From Octopus sinensis (lineage: Eukaryota): a stretch of DNA of 64,000 nucleotides. Every line of letters starts with the position of its first letter. The first letter of the stretch is position 1. Where the stretch lies: NCBI RefSeq assembly GCF_006345805.1, contig NC_043000.1:12834001-12898000 (forward strand). Direction: 5' to 3'. A program made the translations under genes and the position numbers. This document shows positions 37,104 to 51,644 of this stretch, piece by piece. The notes below the pieces were generated by a model, which searched no databases, was not told the origin of the DNA, and worked only from the letters and a program-made list of their open reading frames with translations.

Positions 37104-39180
37104 ATGATGGTGATGGCAGCGATGGGGTAATGGTGGTAGTGGTGGTTGTGGTAGTGTTGGTATTAGTAGTGGTGGTGGTGGTAGTAGTGTGGTTGGTGGT
37201 GCTGATGTTGATGGTAGTGCTGATGATGGTGATGGCAGCGATGGGGTAATGGTGGTAGTGGTGGTTGTGGTAGTGTTGGTAGTAGTTGTGGTGGTGGTGG
37301 TAGTAGTGTGGTTGGTGATGCTGATGTTGATGGTAGTGCTGATGATGGTGATGGCAGCGATGGGGTAATGGTGGTAGTGGTGATTATTGTAGTGTTGGTA
37401 GTAGTGGTAGTGGTGGTGGTAGTAGTGTGGTTGGTGATGGTGATGGTAGTGCCGATGATGGTGATGGCAGCGATGGGGTAATGGTGGTAGTGGTGGTTGT
37501 GGTAGTGTTGGTAGTAGTTGTGGTGGTGGTGGTAGTAGTGTGGTTGGTGATGCTGATGTTGATGGTAGTGCTGATGATGGTGATGGCAGCGATGGGGTAA
37601 TGGTGGTAGTGGTGATTATTGTAGTGTTGGTAGTAGTGGTAGTGGTGGTGGTAGTAGTGTGGTTGGTGATGGTGATGGTAGTGCCGATGATGGTGATGGC
37701 AGCGATGGGGTAATGGTGGTAGTGGTGGTTGTGGTAGTGTTGGTAGTAGTTGTGGTGGTGGTGGTAGTGTGTGTTGGTGATGCTGATGTTGATGGTAGTG
37801 CTGATGATGGTGATGGCAGCGATGGGGTAATGGTGGTAGTGGTGGTTGTGGTAGTGTTGGTAGTAGTAGTGGTGGTGGTGGTAGTAGTGTGGTTGGTGGT
37901 GCTGATGTTGATGGTAGTGCTGATGATGGTGATGGCAGCGATGGGGTAATGGTGGTAGTGGTGGTTGTGGTAGTGTTGGTAGTAGTAGTGGTGGTGGTGG
38001 TAGTAGTGTGGTTTGGTGTGCTGATGTTGATGGTAGTGCTGATGATGGTGATGGCAGCGATGGGGTAATGGTGGTAGTGGTGGTTGTGGTAGTGTTGGTA
38101 GTAGTTTGTGGTGGTGGTGGTAGTAGTAGTGTGGTTGGTGATGCTGATGTTGATGGTAGTGCTGATGATGGTGATGGCAGCGATGGGGTAATGGTGGTAG
38201 TGGTGGTTGTGGTAGTGTTGGTAGTATTGTGGTGGTGGTGGTAGTAGTAGTGGTGGTGGTGATGCTGATGTTGATGGTAGTGCTGATGATGGTGATGGCA
38301 GCGATGGGGTAATGGTGGTAGTGGTGGTTGTGGTAGTGTTGGTAGTAGTTTGTGGTGGTGGTGGTAGTAGTAGGTGGTTTGGTGATGCTGATGTTGATGG
38401 TAGTGCTGATGATGGTGATGGCAGCGATGGGGTAATGGTGGTAGTGGTGGTTGTGGTAGTGTTGGTAGTAGTTGTGGTGGTGGTGGTAGTAGTAGTGTGG
38501 TTGGTGATGCTGATGTTGATGGTAGTGCTGATGATGGTGATGGCAGCGATGGGGTAATGGTGGTAGTGGTGGTTGTGGTAGTGTTGGTAGTAGTTGTGGT
38601 GGTGGTGGTAGTAGTAGTGTGGTTGGTGATGCTGATGTTGATGGTAGTGCTGATGATGGTGATGGCAGCGATGGGGTAATGGTGGTAGTGGTGGTTGTGG
38701 TAGTGTTGGTAGTAGTTGTGGTGGTGGTGGTAGTAGTAGTGTGGTTGGTGATGCTGATGTTGATGGTAGTGCTGATGATGGTGATGGCAGCGATGGGGTA
38801 ATGGTGGTAGTGGTGATTATTGTAGTGTTGGTAGTAGTGGTAGTGGTGGTGGTAGTAGTGTGGTTGGTGGTGCTGATGTTGATGGTAGTGCTGATGATGG
38901 TGATGGCAGCGATGGGGTAATGGTGGTAGTGGTGGTTGTGGTAGTGTTGGTAGTAGTTGTGGTGGTGGTGGTAGTAGTAGTGTGGTTGGTGATGCTGATG
39001 TTGATGGTAGTGCTGATGATGGTGATGGCAGCGATGGGGTAATGGTGGTAGTGGTGGTTGTGGTAGTGTTGGTAGTAGTAGTGGTGGTGGTGGTAGTAGT
39101 AGTGTGGTTGGTGATGCTGATGTCGTTGATGGTAGTGCTGATGATGGTGATAGCAACGATGGGTTAATAGTAGCAGTGGT
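37104..39180. repeat. ~113-123-bp GT-rich minisatellite, about 17-18 copies
   Basis: Anchor GATGGCAGCGATGGGGTAATGG recurs about every 120 bp; one further unit at ~36240-36384 left of the LINE. Confidence 0.92.
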
Positions 39181-39753
39181 GGTGTTGGTAGTAGTGGTGT
39201 TAGTGGTAGTGATGTTGTTGTTGATGTTGGTGGTGGTGGTGTTGCTGGTAGTTGTGGTGGTGGTGGTGGTGGTAGATGGTGGTGGTGGTGGTGGTGGTGG
39301 TGGTGGTAATGGTAATGTTGGTGGTGGTGACGTCGGAGGTTGTGCAAGCAATGCTAGTTACGCAGAGAGGGCTTGTGACTGCTGTTGAAGCAGCTACAAA
39401 CACCGAGCTGAAAGGGGTGACATAGTTCACCTGACAACAGATGGAGACAAGCGTCCAAACGCAGAAGACCCTACAGGTGAAATGGGGAAGGGAACAGTCC
39501 CCACCTACAGGATATAATTGCCCATGTTGTAAACCTGTTAAACAAACTTGTTTCAAGGGTGACTAACATTCTCGGGTACTTTCTTTTTTTTTTATAATAT
39601 ATTCATTTCTTATCTTATTTCTTTTTATTTTTTTCACAGGGGACTCGTTTATTACCAGTTGTTTTCTTGTTTGGGTTGGCAGGAAAACAGGCCCTTCCTT
39701 CATTGACAAATGGAAACGTGGTTAGGGCTGGGGTACGGGGTACTGTGTGTGTA

Positions 39754-39796
<43 letters not shown>

Positions 39797-40211
39797 CTGT
39801 GTGTATATCTTAAACTTCTGACAAACAGGGTGACATAAAATCACTGAGAAATGTCACTTTGTTAACGCATTGTTGTGTAACAAATTTCATGTACATACGC
39901 GCGTGTGTATGTGTGTACGTACGTACGTACGTACGTACGTATGTATGTATGTATGTATGTATGCCATTGTTCAGTTTTTCACGATTTCAAGATTATGCAT
40001 GTATGTGTGTATGTATGCATGTATGTATGTGTATGCATACACACATAAATACACGTACATACATATATATATATATATATGTAAATACGTATATATGTAT
40101 ATCTATCTATCTATCTATACATTCAGACATATATATATATATATATATATATATCCATACATACATGCGTACACACATACATAATATGCATATCTATATA
40201 CATAAATATTT

Positions 40212-40258
<47 letters not shown>

Positions 40259-40553
40259 GAGAGAGAGAGAGGGGAGAGAGAGAGAGAGAGAGCAATAAGA
40301 AAATGGAGGGGAGAGAGAGAGAGAGAGCAATAAGAAAATGGAGGGGATCAATAGGTGCTTCATCAACTTTTAGACATATGTCAATTTATTTACTAAAATG
40401 GCAATTACAAGAATATACATACATGTATAACATATTATGTTTTACATATATGATATATTAATATATAAAGATACCAGCAATTAATTCTCCCAGCAGTATA
40501 TTGGATAGATATTATCCCTTAGTTGGTTGGATTCACAACCTCTAACTTTCTTG

Positions 40554-40618
<65 letters not shown>

Positions 40619-41019
40619 ATAAGGAGTTTTCGTCAGCTGACGTAAAGTAATAGGTACGTACTATGAGATGTTCAGTACGTTTACCACAAACACTCTTGCC
40701 TGAACTGTGTAACTGAAAGTGAAACGTTGAGACTGCCTATCAGAGGCGGTTGGCGGTGGCTTTTCCTTGAGCAGGTAGATATAGATAAAAGTAAAAAGGA
40801 AAAATCAAAACTTTTGGCACTACTTGAAAAGGACATTTGATTTAGATAGAGTGTATGTTTATATTCTTTCTCTATTTAAATTAAATGTCCTTTTCAAGTG
40901 AATATATTTATATTCTCAGTCCTTTTCAGGTGATGCCAAACATTTTGCTTTTCATTCTTACTTTAATCTATCTGTCTGTCAGTCTGTCTGTTTGTCTGTC
41001 TGTTTGCCTGTTTACCTGT

Positions 41020-41376
41020 CTGGCAGAATCGTTAGCACGCCGAGCGAAACGCTTAGCAGTATTTCATCTGCCGCCACGTTCTGAGTTCAAATTCCGCCGA
41101 GGTCGACTTTGCCTTTCATCCTTTCGGAGTCGATTAAATAAGTACCAGTTACGCACTGGGGTCGATATAATCGACTTAATCCGTTTGTCTGTCCTTGTTT
41201 GTCTCCTCTGTGTTTAGCCCCTTGTGGGTAGTAAAGAAATAGGTATTTCGTTTGTCTTTACGTCCTGAGTTCAAATTCCGCCGAGGTCGACTTTGCGTTT
41301 CATCCTTTCGGGGGTCGATCTAATCAACTGGCTCCCTCTCCCAAAATTTCGGGCCTTGTGCGTAAAGTAGAAAAAA
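41020..41376 (+). mobile_element. SINE family A, dimeric
   Basis: Family core twice; similar at 48172-48369, 51255-51469, 52246-52458, 57869-58283, 62979-63185, 63739-64000. Confidence 0.85.
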
Positions 41377-42548
41377 GATTATTGTTATCAGGTCTCCACA
41401 AGCTTTCATCCATTTCTGAGTTTCAACTATTTTAAAACTGCTTCATTAAATTAAATTAAAATTTCAGTTTACACCTACCAAATCCACTTACAAGACTCTG
41501 ATCGACCCAAGGCTATATTAGAAGACCCAATGTGCCATGCAGTGGGACTGAACCTGGAACTGTAAACTGGAGATGCAAACTGTGTCTAATTTAAATTTAA
41601 TTAAAAATTAAATTTTACAGAAGCAGTATACTAAGTAGTAGCTGTAGTAGTGGTGGTGGCGGTGGTAGTAGTAGTGGTATTGGTGGTCGTGATCGTGGTG
41701 GCGACAGTAGTAGTGGTGGTGGTGGTGGCAGTAGTAGTGGTAGTAATAGAATGATACTTGCATCAATAGTACACCCTCAGTAATAACAGCCCCATATCCT
41801 GATTGATATATGGGAAACTAATCCTTATGCAATGCCGGAAACTACAGAAAAAAAAATAACAATTCATTTATGTCGCTGATTTTTAAGTTAGAGATAGGAT
41901 CGCTAATCGTATGATGATTATCCGTAATCCTGGACGTCAAACGCTTTGTCACGATGTATTACGATTTGCAGGCTCTATCATGAAATATATTTCATTCTAG
42001 TGTACTGAATACTCTGATTTTGTTCCTGTAAATATCTATAACCTACGAGTGTGTGTTTGTGTACGGGCGCATGTGTGCATGTATGTATGTATGTATCTAT
42101 GTATGTATGTATGTATGTATGTATGTATGTATGTATGTATGTATGTATGTGTGAATTTTCATGCGTGTGTAGCAGATATACACACACTATTTTTCTCAAT
42201 TCTCTCATTGTAAGGTTCGAAGTGAACTACTAGCATCACTAGACACCAGGGTCACTCCTTTAGGCCTCCCTCCACATTTAACACCCTCCCTCCCACAGCC
42301 GTCGTGCCATCCCACCCACCCGCCCCTCTCCAACCCCACTCTCAAACATTCCCATTGAACTTTGACACGTTCATCTTCCTCGTTGACATTTAATTAAACG
42401 TGGACAACATTTTAACTAATCGGCAGCCTGGTCTTTTTTTTCCAGTTGTTAAACCGAGAAACATGCTTTTGGTGAGGGGAGGGGTTGCAACGCTGGAGCA
42501 CGTGTTTCGTTGTACATGTCTGCATGCACTGTGACAGAGAGAGAACGA

Positions 42549-42635
<87 letters not shown>

Positions 42636-42772
42636 GATATATATATATATATATTTATATTTCCTGAGCGCCATACTAATACAATTGTTTGTTTGTTTCC
42701 CACCTGCCTTCGTCTTTTGTCTATTTTCATAAAGCTTCCCGTTATATATATATATATATATATATAATATAT

Positions 42773-42860
<88 letters not shown>

Positions 42861-43114
42861 GAGAGAGGGGTGATAGACAGACAGAGAGTAGGGCCATGTG
42901 TGCATATGGTTAAGTGCGTGTGTATGTGTGTAAGTGATTGTGTGTGTTTGCGCATGTGCAATTGTACCTGTTCCCGTAAAGATGCATGCATCGCAAAAAT
43001 GTGTTTCACTGTAAGCGGGAAAAGCAGAAGGATGCTAGCATTCACACACACACACATACTCAGATTTACGCGCGCGTGCACACACATGCACCCGTACACA
43101 CATTATACTTATTT

Positions 43115-43414
43115 ATCTTCTTTCTTTCTTTCTTTCTTTCTTCCTTCTTTCTTCCTTCCTTTCTTTCTTCCTTCCTTTCTTTCTTCCTTTCTTCTTTCCT
43201 TCTTTCTTCCTTCCTTCTTTCTTCCTTCCTTCCTTCCTTCTTCCTTCTTCCTTCCTTTCTTCCTTCCTTCCTTCCCTTCTTTGTTTCTTTGTTTCTTTGT
43301 TTCTTTCTTCCTTCCTTCCTTCCTTCCTTCCTTCCTTTCATTCTTTCTTTATTTCTTCCTTCCTTTCTTTTTTCTTTCTTTCTTTCCTTCTTTCTTCCTT
43401 TCTTCCTTCCTTCC

Positions 43415-43445
<31 letters not shown>

Positions 43446-43691
43446 TTCCTTCCTTCCTTCCTTTCTTTCTTTCTTTCTTTCCTTCTTTCTTCCTTTCTTC
43501 CTTCCTTCCTTCCTTCCTTCCTTCTTCCTTTCTCTTTCTTTCTTTCTTTCTTCTTTCTTCCTTCCTTTCTTTCCTCCTCCCCTTTCTTCCTCCTTCTTCC
43601 TTCCTTTTTTCCTCCTTTCTTTTCTTCTTCTTTCTTCTTTCTTTCTTTCTTTCTTTCTTTCTTCTTTCTTTCTTTCTTTCTCTCTCTCTCT
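43115..43691. repeat. Polypyrimidine (CTTT/CCTT)n tract
   Basis: ~575 bp almost only C/T. Confidence 0.95.
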
Positions 43692-44442
43692 TAAAGTACA
43701 GGCACAAACATTAATAAATGGATAGAGATAGGTAGATCTATCTAGCACCACCACCACCACCACCACCACCACCACCATCGCCACAACCACCACTAGCACC
43801 ATTCCACTGCCACCGTGACATTGGAACTCACCACCACCACCACCACCACCATTCAATCACCACCAGCATCATTCCACCGCCACCATAACAACACCACTAC
43901 CACTAGATTACGCCGCCTCCATCACCGACCACCACCCCACCGCCCACCGCCCACACACCCTCCACACTATTACATAACAACCCGGAGCAGCCGGTTTGAC
44001 AAACACTTCTTGGTTGGCTTTCTATGGGAAACACAAAATGAACAACTTTCATGGACAGTGTAGCTTGTATTGGGGTCTGGGAACTTTTGAGCTAAGGACA
44101 GGAGGACAAGGGAAGAAGGGAAGAAAGGGTAGAGGGGACTAGGAGACTGGGCGGTGGTGGAGTGGGGACTTAGAACACAGTGAAGGGAGATATAGGGGTG
44201 AGCTAGAGACACCGAGCGATTAAGGAGACCCAGTGTTGTAGGAACATAGGTGTGATGCTAACGTGTTGGTACAGTGATTGTCTGCTGGTGGTGATGATGT
44301 GTTGGTGGTAGTATAACAGGAAGGGGGGAACTATGATGTCCATGCTGCTTTTGTTGTTGTTGATTTGCTCCAGGTGAACCTTGACGGAGCAGACCTATGA
44401 TCAAAGGCATTCCAGCCATGACCATCTTGTCTTTAATTTCCG

Positions 44443-44545
<103 letters not shown>

Positions 44546-44864
44546 TAAATTAGAGATAAAACCACTATTAGGCCAATCAAACGTGAAAAAATCATAAGCT
44601 AATACATAGAAATAAAATTAATTAAAATATATAAAAAAAATAAAATATAGAATATAAAAATCCAATTAAAATATTTAAATTAAAGTTAAAATTTAAAAAA
44701 ATTATTTAAATTAATAAATTAAACTTATAAATTTTAAATATATATACATATATACATACATATATATACATATTTTTATTATTATTTTATTTATTTATTT
44801 ATTTTTATTTTTTTTTAATTTTAAACTATCAAAAAGTATTAAAAGTTTAATATAAGATAAAGAG

Positions 44865-44897
<33 letters not shown>

Positions 44898-45409
44898 CCC
44901 AGTACTATAATGACAATTTACTGTTTGTTCGCTATTTAAATTAGCTTTTCAAGGGACATTGTGATTTTAGTTTCTGATTTTAGTTTAGCGAGTAAAGGAA
45001 CTCGCCAAGTGCAATCTTCCTCAGCAGGACCACCTAGGGTTAAACGTATACGCACGGGGCGATCAAACTACTTGCCCCGTATTTATACGTCCTAACTTTT
45101 TCAAAATCTACTGCGCAGCCGCACTCCTTCGCCGGCAATAAAAAATGCCAACTTTTAAAACCATAGAAATGGTAAATGGTTTACAACACAAAAGAAATCA
45201 CTTTAAACTTGCTAAAACGATACTCGGGATGCCTTCTTTCTACTAAGTATAGATTAATTTTGAGGATCAGATCTGTAGCAGCGCAAGCAGTCAGCGCCAT
45301 ATTGAATGAGATTTTGTGGCAGTCATTGCCATCTCCGAGACTGGAGCGAGACCTCACCTGCATCCATATTTGCCATGCGCGAGATCACAACGTGGCTCGC
45401 GATAGCAAA

Positions 45410-45711
45410 TCTCTATATATAAAACTGAAGTTGTGTGCTGTCTGTCTCCTACGATTTAGATTCCTAACTACTCCCACATTTTGCCGTGCAGTTTAACCAA
45501 AAGCGGGTATCTTATAGTCGTGATTCAGATTAGCCCTTCTGGGTATTAGCACGCGTCTACGATGAGTCTATGATTAAAAAAAAAAATTTACCATCATTTT
45601 TTTCCATTTTTAATGCATTTTTTTGCTATTATATAAGGGAAGTAACTCTCTAAAAATGCTTATATAGTTATTTCCCTTACAAACCCGAGCAACGCCGGGC
45701 GATACTGCTAG
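45410..45711 (+). mobile_element. Non-autonomous Helitron
   Basis: A|TCTCTATATA ... CCCGAGCAACGCCGGG hairpin, CTAG|T; no TSD. Confidence 0.88.
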
Positions 45712-46201
45712 TTGTATATAAGGGCAAAACAGAAACAGATTCATTCTCTCTCTCCGCTTCTATGCAGCAGCGCTGGCTGAGCACACTTCACTGGTTGGGC
45801 CTGTCTGCATGTTGTACCTCCAGAGGCAATGTGCCCGTACAAATGGAGATACAACACCACGCACACAACTCGAGATGGTTGCTGAGAGCAACGCACTTCG
45901 CCTGTTCTGTGAAACTTGTAAATAAACCGGTTGTAAATTGCATTGTGCTTAAAAACTTCTTTCTTCGCCTGCCGGAGCCTGAACTACACGAAGAACAAGA
46001 TATAATTGGAGACGGTGATATTCTCCTGACATCGTAAAACTTGCCTTCCATTATAGATCAAAGACTTTGCAATTAAAAAAAAAAGTAGACGAAAATTTGT
46101 CAAATACAAATAAAGCGGAATTATACAAAAATAAATATTATTTTCTATCTTACTGTTAGTTTTGTTTTAGTTTGAAAAATAAAACTTTATTTTATGGTTA
46201 A

Positions 46202-46598
46202 CTAGCAGTATCGCCCGGCGTTGCTCGGGTTTGTAAGGGAAGTAACTATATAAGCATTTTTAGAGAGTTATAGCCAAAAAATAGCAAAAAAATGCATTAA
46301 AAATGGAAAAATTATGATGGTAAATTTTTTTTAAATCGTTGACTCATCGTAGACATTTTTAGAGAGTTACTTCCCTTATATAATAGCGAAAAAATGCATT
46401 AAAATGGAAAAAAATTATGGTAAATTTTTTTTTAAATCGTAGACTCATCGTAGACGCGCGCTAATACCCAGAAGGGCTCGATATGAATCACGGCTATAAG
46501 ATATCCGGTTTTGGTTAAACTGCACCGCAAAATGTGGGAGTAGTTAGGAATTTAAATCGTAGGAGACAGACACACAACTTCACTTTTATATATAAAGA
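46202..46598 (-). mobile_element. Non-autonomous Helitron, same family, inverted
   Basis: Reverse complement of 45410-45711 with an internal duplication. Confidence 0.88.
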
Positions 46599-47002
46599 TT
46601 ATTGTTTATATTTTGAATTACATGCAGGATGATCCAAAAGTAGGTTTACAGTTATTCAACTATCTCTTTCGCATTCATATATAAACAGTTTAGATATTAA
46701 TTATAAAAAAAAATATTCTATGCTAATTTAGTTAATTGTAAGCTAGAAGTTTAAAGGTAATAAAATGTTTTTAAAGAAATCTCAAGTGCCTATTACTCTT
46801 TTACTCTTTTACTTGTTTCAGTCATTTGACTGCGGCCATGCTGGAGCACCGCCTTTAGTCGAGCAACTCGACCCCGGGACTCATTCTTTGTAAGCCCAGT
46901 ACTTATTCTATCGGTCTCTTTGCCGAACCGCTAAGTGAGGGGGGGAGTAAACACACCAGCATTAGTTGTCAAGCAATGAGGGGGACAAACACAGACACAC
47001 AA

Positions 47003-47097
<95 letters not shown>

Positions 47098-47469
47098 ATA
47101 TGTATATAATATATATATATACGAACAGGCTTCTTTCAGTTTCCGTCTACCAAATCCACTCACAAGGCATTGGTCGGCCCGGGGCTAGAGCAGAAGACAC
47201 TTGCCCAAGATGCCACGCAGTGGGACTGAACCCGGAACCATGTGGTTGGTAAACAAGCTACTTACCACACACCCGTGATAACTGTAAATCTATTCTTGGG
47301 CCAAAAGTTTGGGGGTACCAAATTTTTTTAAGTGCTTAGAGCCTCTATGCGTCTTAATATCTACATTATTCTCTCACCATTCTTCACTTTACATGTCACA
47401 CATATATACCATATGCGAAAAAAACCTTCGGCCACTTCAAACCAGCAATGTCACTGGCCCTAGCAGTGT

Positions 47470-48170
47470 CCCTTCTTTTATGCTCAAGAAACACGCCCAG
47501 AGTTAGCCCCTATCCTCACCAAGCTCTTCAGTCTCCTCTCTCCTCCATCTCCCTTTAGAATTATATTCTGATATTCGGGAACACGCCACTGCATGTCCCA
47601 TTCCCAAGAATGAAAACTAATTCTAATGTAATGTTATCTCTCTTTAGAATTATATTCTGATATTCGGGAACACGCCACTGCATGTCCCGTTCCCAGAATG
47701 AAAACTAATTCTAATAATTGTATCTCTCTTTAGAATTATATTCTGATATTCGGGAACACGCCACTGCATGTCCCATTCCCAAGAATGAAAACTAATTCTA
47801 ATGTAATGTTATCTCTCTTTAGAATTATATTCTGATATTCGGGAACACGCCACTGCATGTCCCATTCCCAAGAATGAAAACTAATTCTAATGTAATGTTA
47901 TTACCAGTTTGAATATGCCAGTGGCAAGTTCGAATTCATTTTGTTTTGTCTTGGAGAAAATTTCTCGCTGTGGACAAATGGTGTAAATTCACCTAAATCT
48001 GCTCGCACGTCCGTGCTTAGCGCTCCCACTTCGTAATCGAATTCTGTCACATATCAATTTATTGCATTCATTTCCTGCAGGTGATGAAGACATCCATCAA
48101 CAACAATCTTAACCAAGTAATCGAATCTCTGAATTTACCATCTTTACTGACCACCAGTACGGCTATCATA
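47470..48170 (+). mobile_element. Degenerate LINE RT fragment containing 4 tandem 86-89-bp units
   Basis: MLKKH..ELAPILTKLF..PIPK and VMKTSINN..TDHQYGY remnants; repeats at 47553-47900. Confidence 0.6.
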
Positions 48171-48789
48171 AAGGCGGCGAGCTGGCAGAAACGTTAGCAT
48201 GCTGGGCGAAATTTTCAGCAACATTTCGTCTGCCGCTACGTTCTGAGTTCAAATTCCGCCGAGGTCGACTTTGCCTTTCATCCTTTCGGGATCGATTAAA
48301 TAAGTACCAGTTACGCACTGGGGTCGATATAATCGACTTAATCCGTTTGTCTGTCCTTGTTTGTCCTCTCATAAAGTCAGATTTACAAGAAACTAGCTCA
48401 AGTGAAATTGTGTTGTTGCCCACGACCACAATAAGACTTTCGATCGTATCTTGCAAGTAAATCTTTTGGTAAAAGTGCTTGCATATAGACCCCATCCACC
48501 TCTAGTTCCTTATGGGAATAATGGCTTACTTTCAGATTGTACAGTCGTAGTATGTGCTGATGAAGCTTTCTTTGATCCATACTCTGTCAGCTCTGGTTGC
48601 TAGAGTATGATTCCAAGCTACCGGGCCGCACAAAAAGAATAGATTCTTAAATTTCATTTCTATTTCATTGATCATCACAGTCTGCGGGATGTTTTTGTAT
48701 TATTTCGTTGTGTCTGGCGAGAGTCATTTTCTTTTTGTGTCTTATGATTTAACACACTCACGGTAAAATTTCCACTTATTTTTGTTTTC

Positions 48790-48826
48790 CTAAAATTTTC
48801 GTTGCGTCTTGCAACCTTTTCAATAG
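48790..48826 (-). ncRNA. Minimal hammerhead with U3:A8 core variant
   Basis: CTA-TTGAAAA-G-GTTGC/GCAAC-GAAAA-TTT-TAG; second copy at 56692-56728. Confidence 0.6.
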
Positions 48827-50449
48827 TCTTGCATTATTTATTATATATGTAATATATATGCATTATATATGTAATAATTGAATTATATATCATGCACTTT
48901 ATTGAGTTTTGTTATGTGAATGATACCCCAGTCCATGGAAAAATTGTCTTGTATGAAATCGGTCCATGGGCTGAAAAATATTGGGAACGTGTATCATATG
49001 TGATGCATGGACATATATCCATGGAAATATGTCCTGTGTATCACATGGGATAGGTAAAGGGTTGTTTTTTTTCTATTTTATTAAATTCTTGTATAAAACT
49101 TTTGGATTTTAAGTAAATTTGGATGCACAAGTTTTGGTTTAAGTTCTTCCTTTTATAAGTCCCAATTTACTCTTGTGGTTAAAAACAAATTGAGAAAGTG
49201 AATCATATATGATTTATTGATGCCATGGAAGCATTACCTGTCCTGTGTATCTCATATGAGACATAGGACAAACAAAGGGTTAAGCGGGATCCGCTCTGTT
49301 GTAAGCATTCGGGCCACGCTCCCAGTTTGCCGATACCTTTCATCCTTCTTCTCTTCCACCTTTCTTCCTCTTACCAGTCTCAGAGGTCCTGCAAAAGGTC
49401 AAAGACACTGCCTTTTTCTCTATACTAAACATGAAAACGCGAGCGCACACACTCAAACGCATACACCCACCCAAACACGTGTGCGCACACACTCGCATAC
49501 ACTACCACACACAACCACACACACACACACACACACACATACATACACACACATGCGTTTACGTATAACCATATGCACGTATGCACGCAGACGCAGGGCT
49601 CAGAGTACAGAGTATTGAAACAGGTGAAAAGGCCGCGTGAATAAAATTTCTTTATTGAAACAAGAGCTGGGTGTTGCCCGTGAAGTCTTGAGAGAAAGAA
49701 GGTGACTGACTGAGAAAGAGAGTGGGTGGTGAGGGTGACAGAGGAAAGAGATTGAAATGTAGAGAGATAATTAGCAATGTCTGCTGCTTCAATCTGCTTT
49801 AACTCTTTCTTTACATCATATCGATCTTTTAGAAAAACCCAGAGTGATATAGAGGTTCGTAAACCGATTTAATTATTGCGTCACCCGTGTTTCTTTTGAA
49901 AACTTTTTTTCTGTTGGCATTGATCGGATGCCGGTGGATGCTTACTACTGACGAAGCCCAAAGAGGCAGAAATCGTGTTTAGCAAAGCTAACGTCGTTAC
50001 TGGATGCTACTGATATAGGAGGAGGAGGAGACCCCTTCGGTCATGAATGACCATGGGATTGCACCTAGAAAGTTACCCTCCGAGGCACGAGTCAGGGCAA
50101 GATTGTTTGTGGAAGGCTAGCAGTCACCCATGCATACCAGCCTCCCCTCTGCACACCACTGATGTTATCCAAGGGAAAGGCAAAGGGGCCGATACAGCTT
50201 GGCACAGTGACGTCGCAACTCATTTCTACAGTTGGGGTAACTGGAGCAATGTGAAATAAAGTGTCTTGCTCAAGAACACAACACACAGCCCGGTTCGGGA
50301 ATCGAACTCACAACCACACGAGCCATGCGCCTTCACGCTGCTGATATATTTCTGCATTTTTTTAATACTATACATCTATAAGAGATGCTTTTTCAGGCAA
50401 ATACTGCAGTTTGTAAGGCTTTTGCAACACAGATAGCTATGCGTACACA

Positions 50450-50485
<36 letters not shown>

Positions 50486-50623
50486 TCGGACACATATACA
50501 CACACATACACACACACATACACATATTTACATGTCCTTCCGACGATGATTTGGAGTACTTAATTCGAGGATCACCTTCAGACTTGGATTACGTTACGCT
50601 TTTGAATTCCCGTTCCATTGATT

Positions 50624-50674
<51 letters not shown>

Positions 50675-50818
50675 TGCACGCGCGTGCACATACAAACACG
50701 CACACACACGGAAACAATAGATTATCTTTAATTAGTCATAGATTTAATTATAGGTTTTCTGTACTTTAACTGACAGTAAAAGAGTAGACTCAATAACAAT
50801 TACTCTACTACTACTTAC

Positions 50819-50853
<35 letters not shown>

Positions 50854-51644
50854 TTCCTTCTTATGACTTCAATGGCGCGAAGCACAAGGATAACCAGAAA
50901 AGGCAACAATGAAAAATAATTGTAGTAAACTTTGGAAACAAACGACAAAGTTAAGAACCATAAAATGGAGAAGATCAGTGCAAAAATAATTCCTTCAAAT
51001 TTTGGCCCAAGGTCAGCACCTTTAGGAGAGGGGCATAGTTGTTTACATCGACTACAGAGCTTAACTGATACTTATTTTATTTTTTTATTTTATCGACTCA
51101 GAAATAATGGTTGGTAAAATCAATCTCGGTAGGATTTGAACTCAGAACATAATGAGCCGGAAGAAATGCTACTGAGTACTTTGTCCGATGCACTAACATT
51201 TCTGCAAGCTAATCACCTTTAATGATTTCATATTTTGGCAAAGGGCCAGCGATCTTGAGATGGGTGAGTTAGTCGATTACATCGATCCTGAAAGGATGAA
51301 GAATTGATTAGATCGACCCCAGTACGCAACTGGTACTTAATTTATTGACCCCGAAAGGATTAAAGGCAAAGTCGACCTCGGCGGAATTTGAACTCAGAAC
51401 GTAGCGGCAGACGAAATACGGCTACGCACTTCGCCCGGCGTGCAAACGTTTCTGCCAGCTCGCTGCCTTTAACTGACACGATATACAAAGCATTTCTCAT
51501 GGCTCCAACACACAATTTACAGATGAAAGGTTGACCCCGACGGGATTTCAATGCAGGATGTAAAGGACAGGAAGAAATAAAGCAAGGCATTTTCCCAACT
51601 CTCTACCGATTCTGCCAGCACTCCACCTACAGTCATTGCAGTAC

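Noticed and set aside
37384-39351. 655-aa Thr/Pro/His-rich mucin-like ORF
   Set aside because: Translation of a minisatellite whose units are mostly not multiples of 3, so the frame drifts between units; the array is also interrupted by a LINE
42870-43856. F/L/S-rich and K/E/R-rich ORFs
   Set aside because: Polypyrimidine tract artefacts
45762-46051. Overlapping 91/87-aa ORFs
   Set aside because: No domain recognised; embedded in a probable retroelement remnant between two Helitrons
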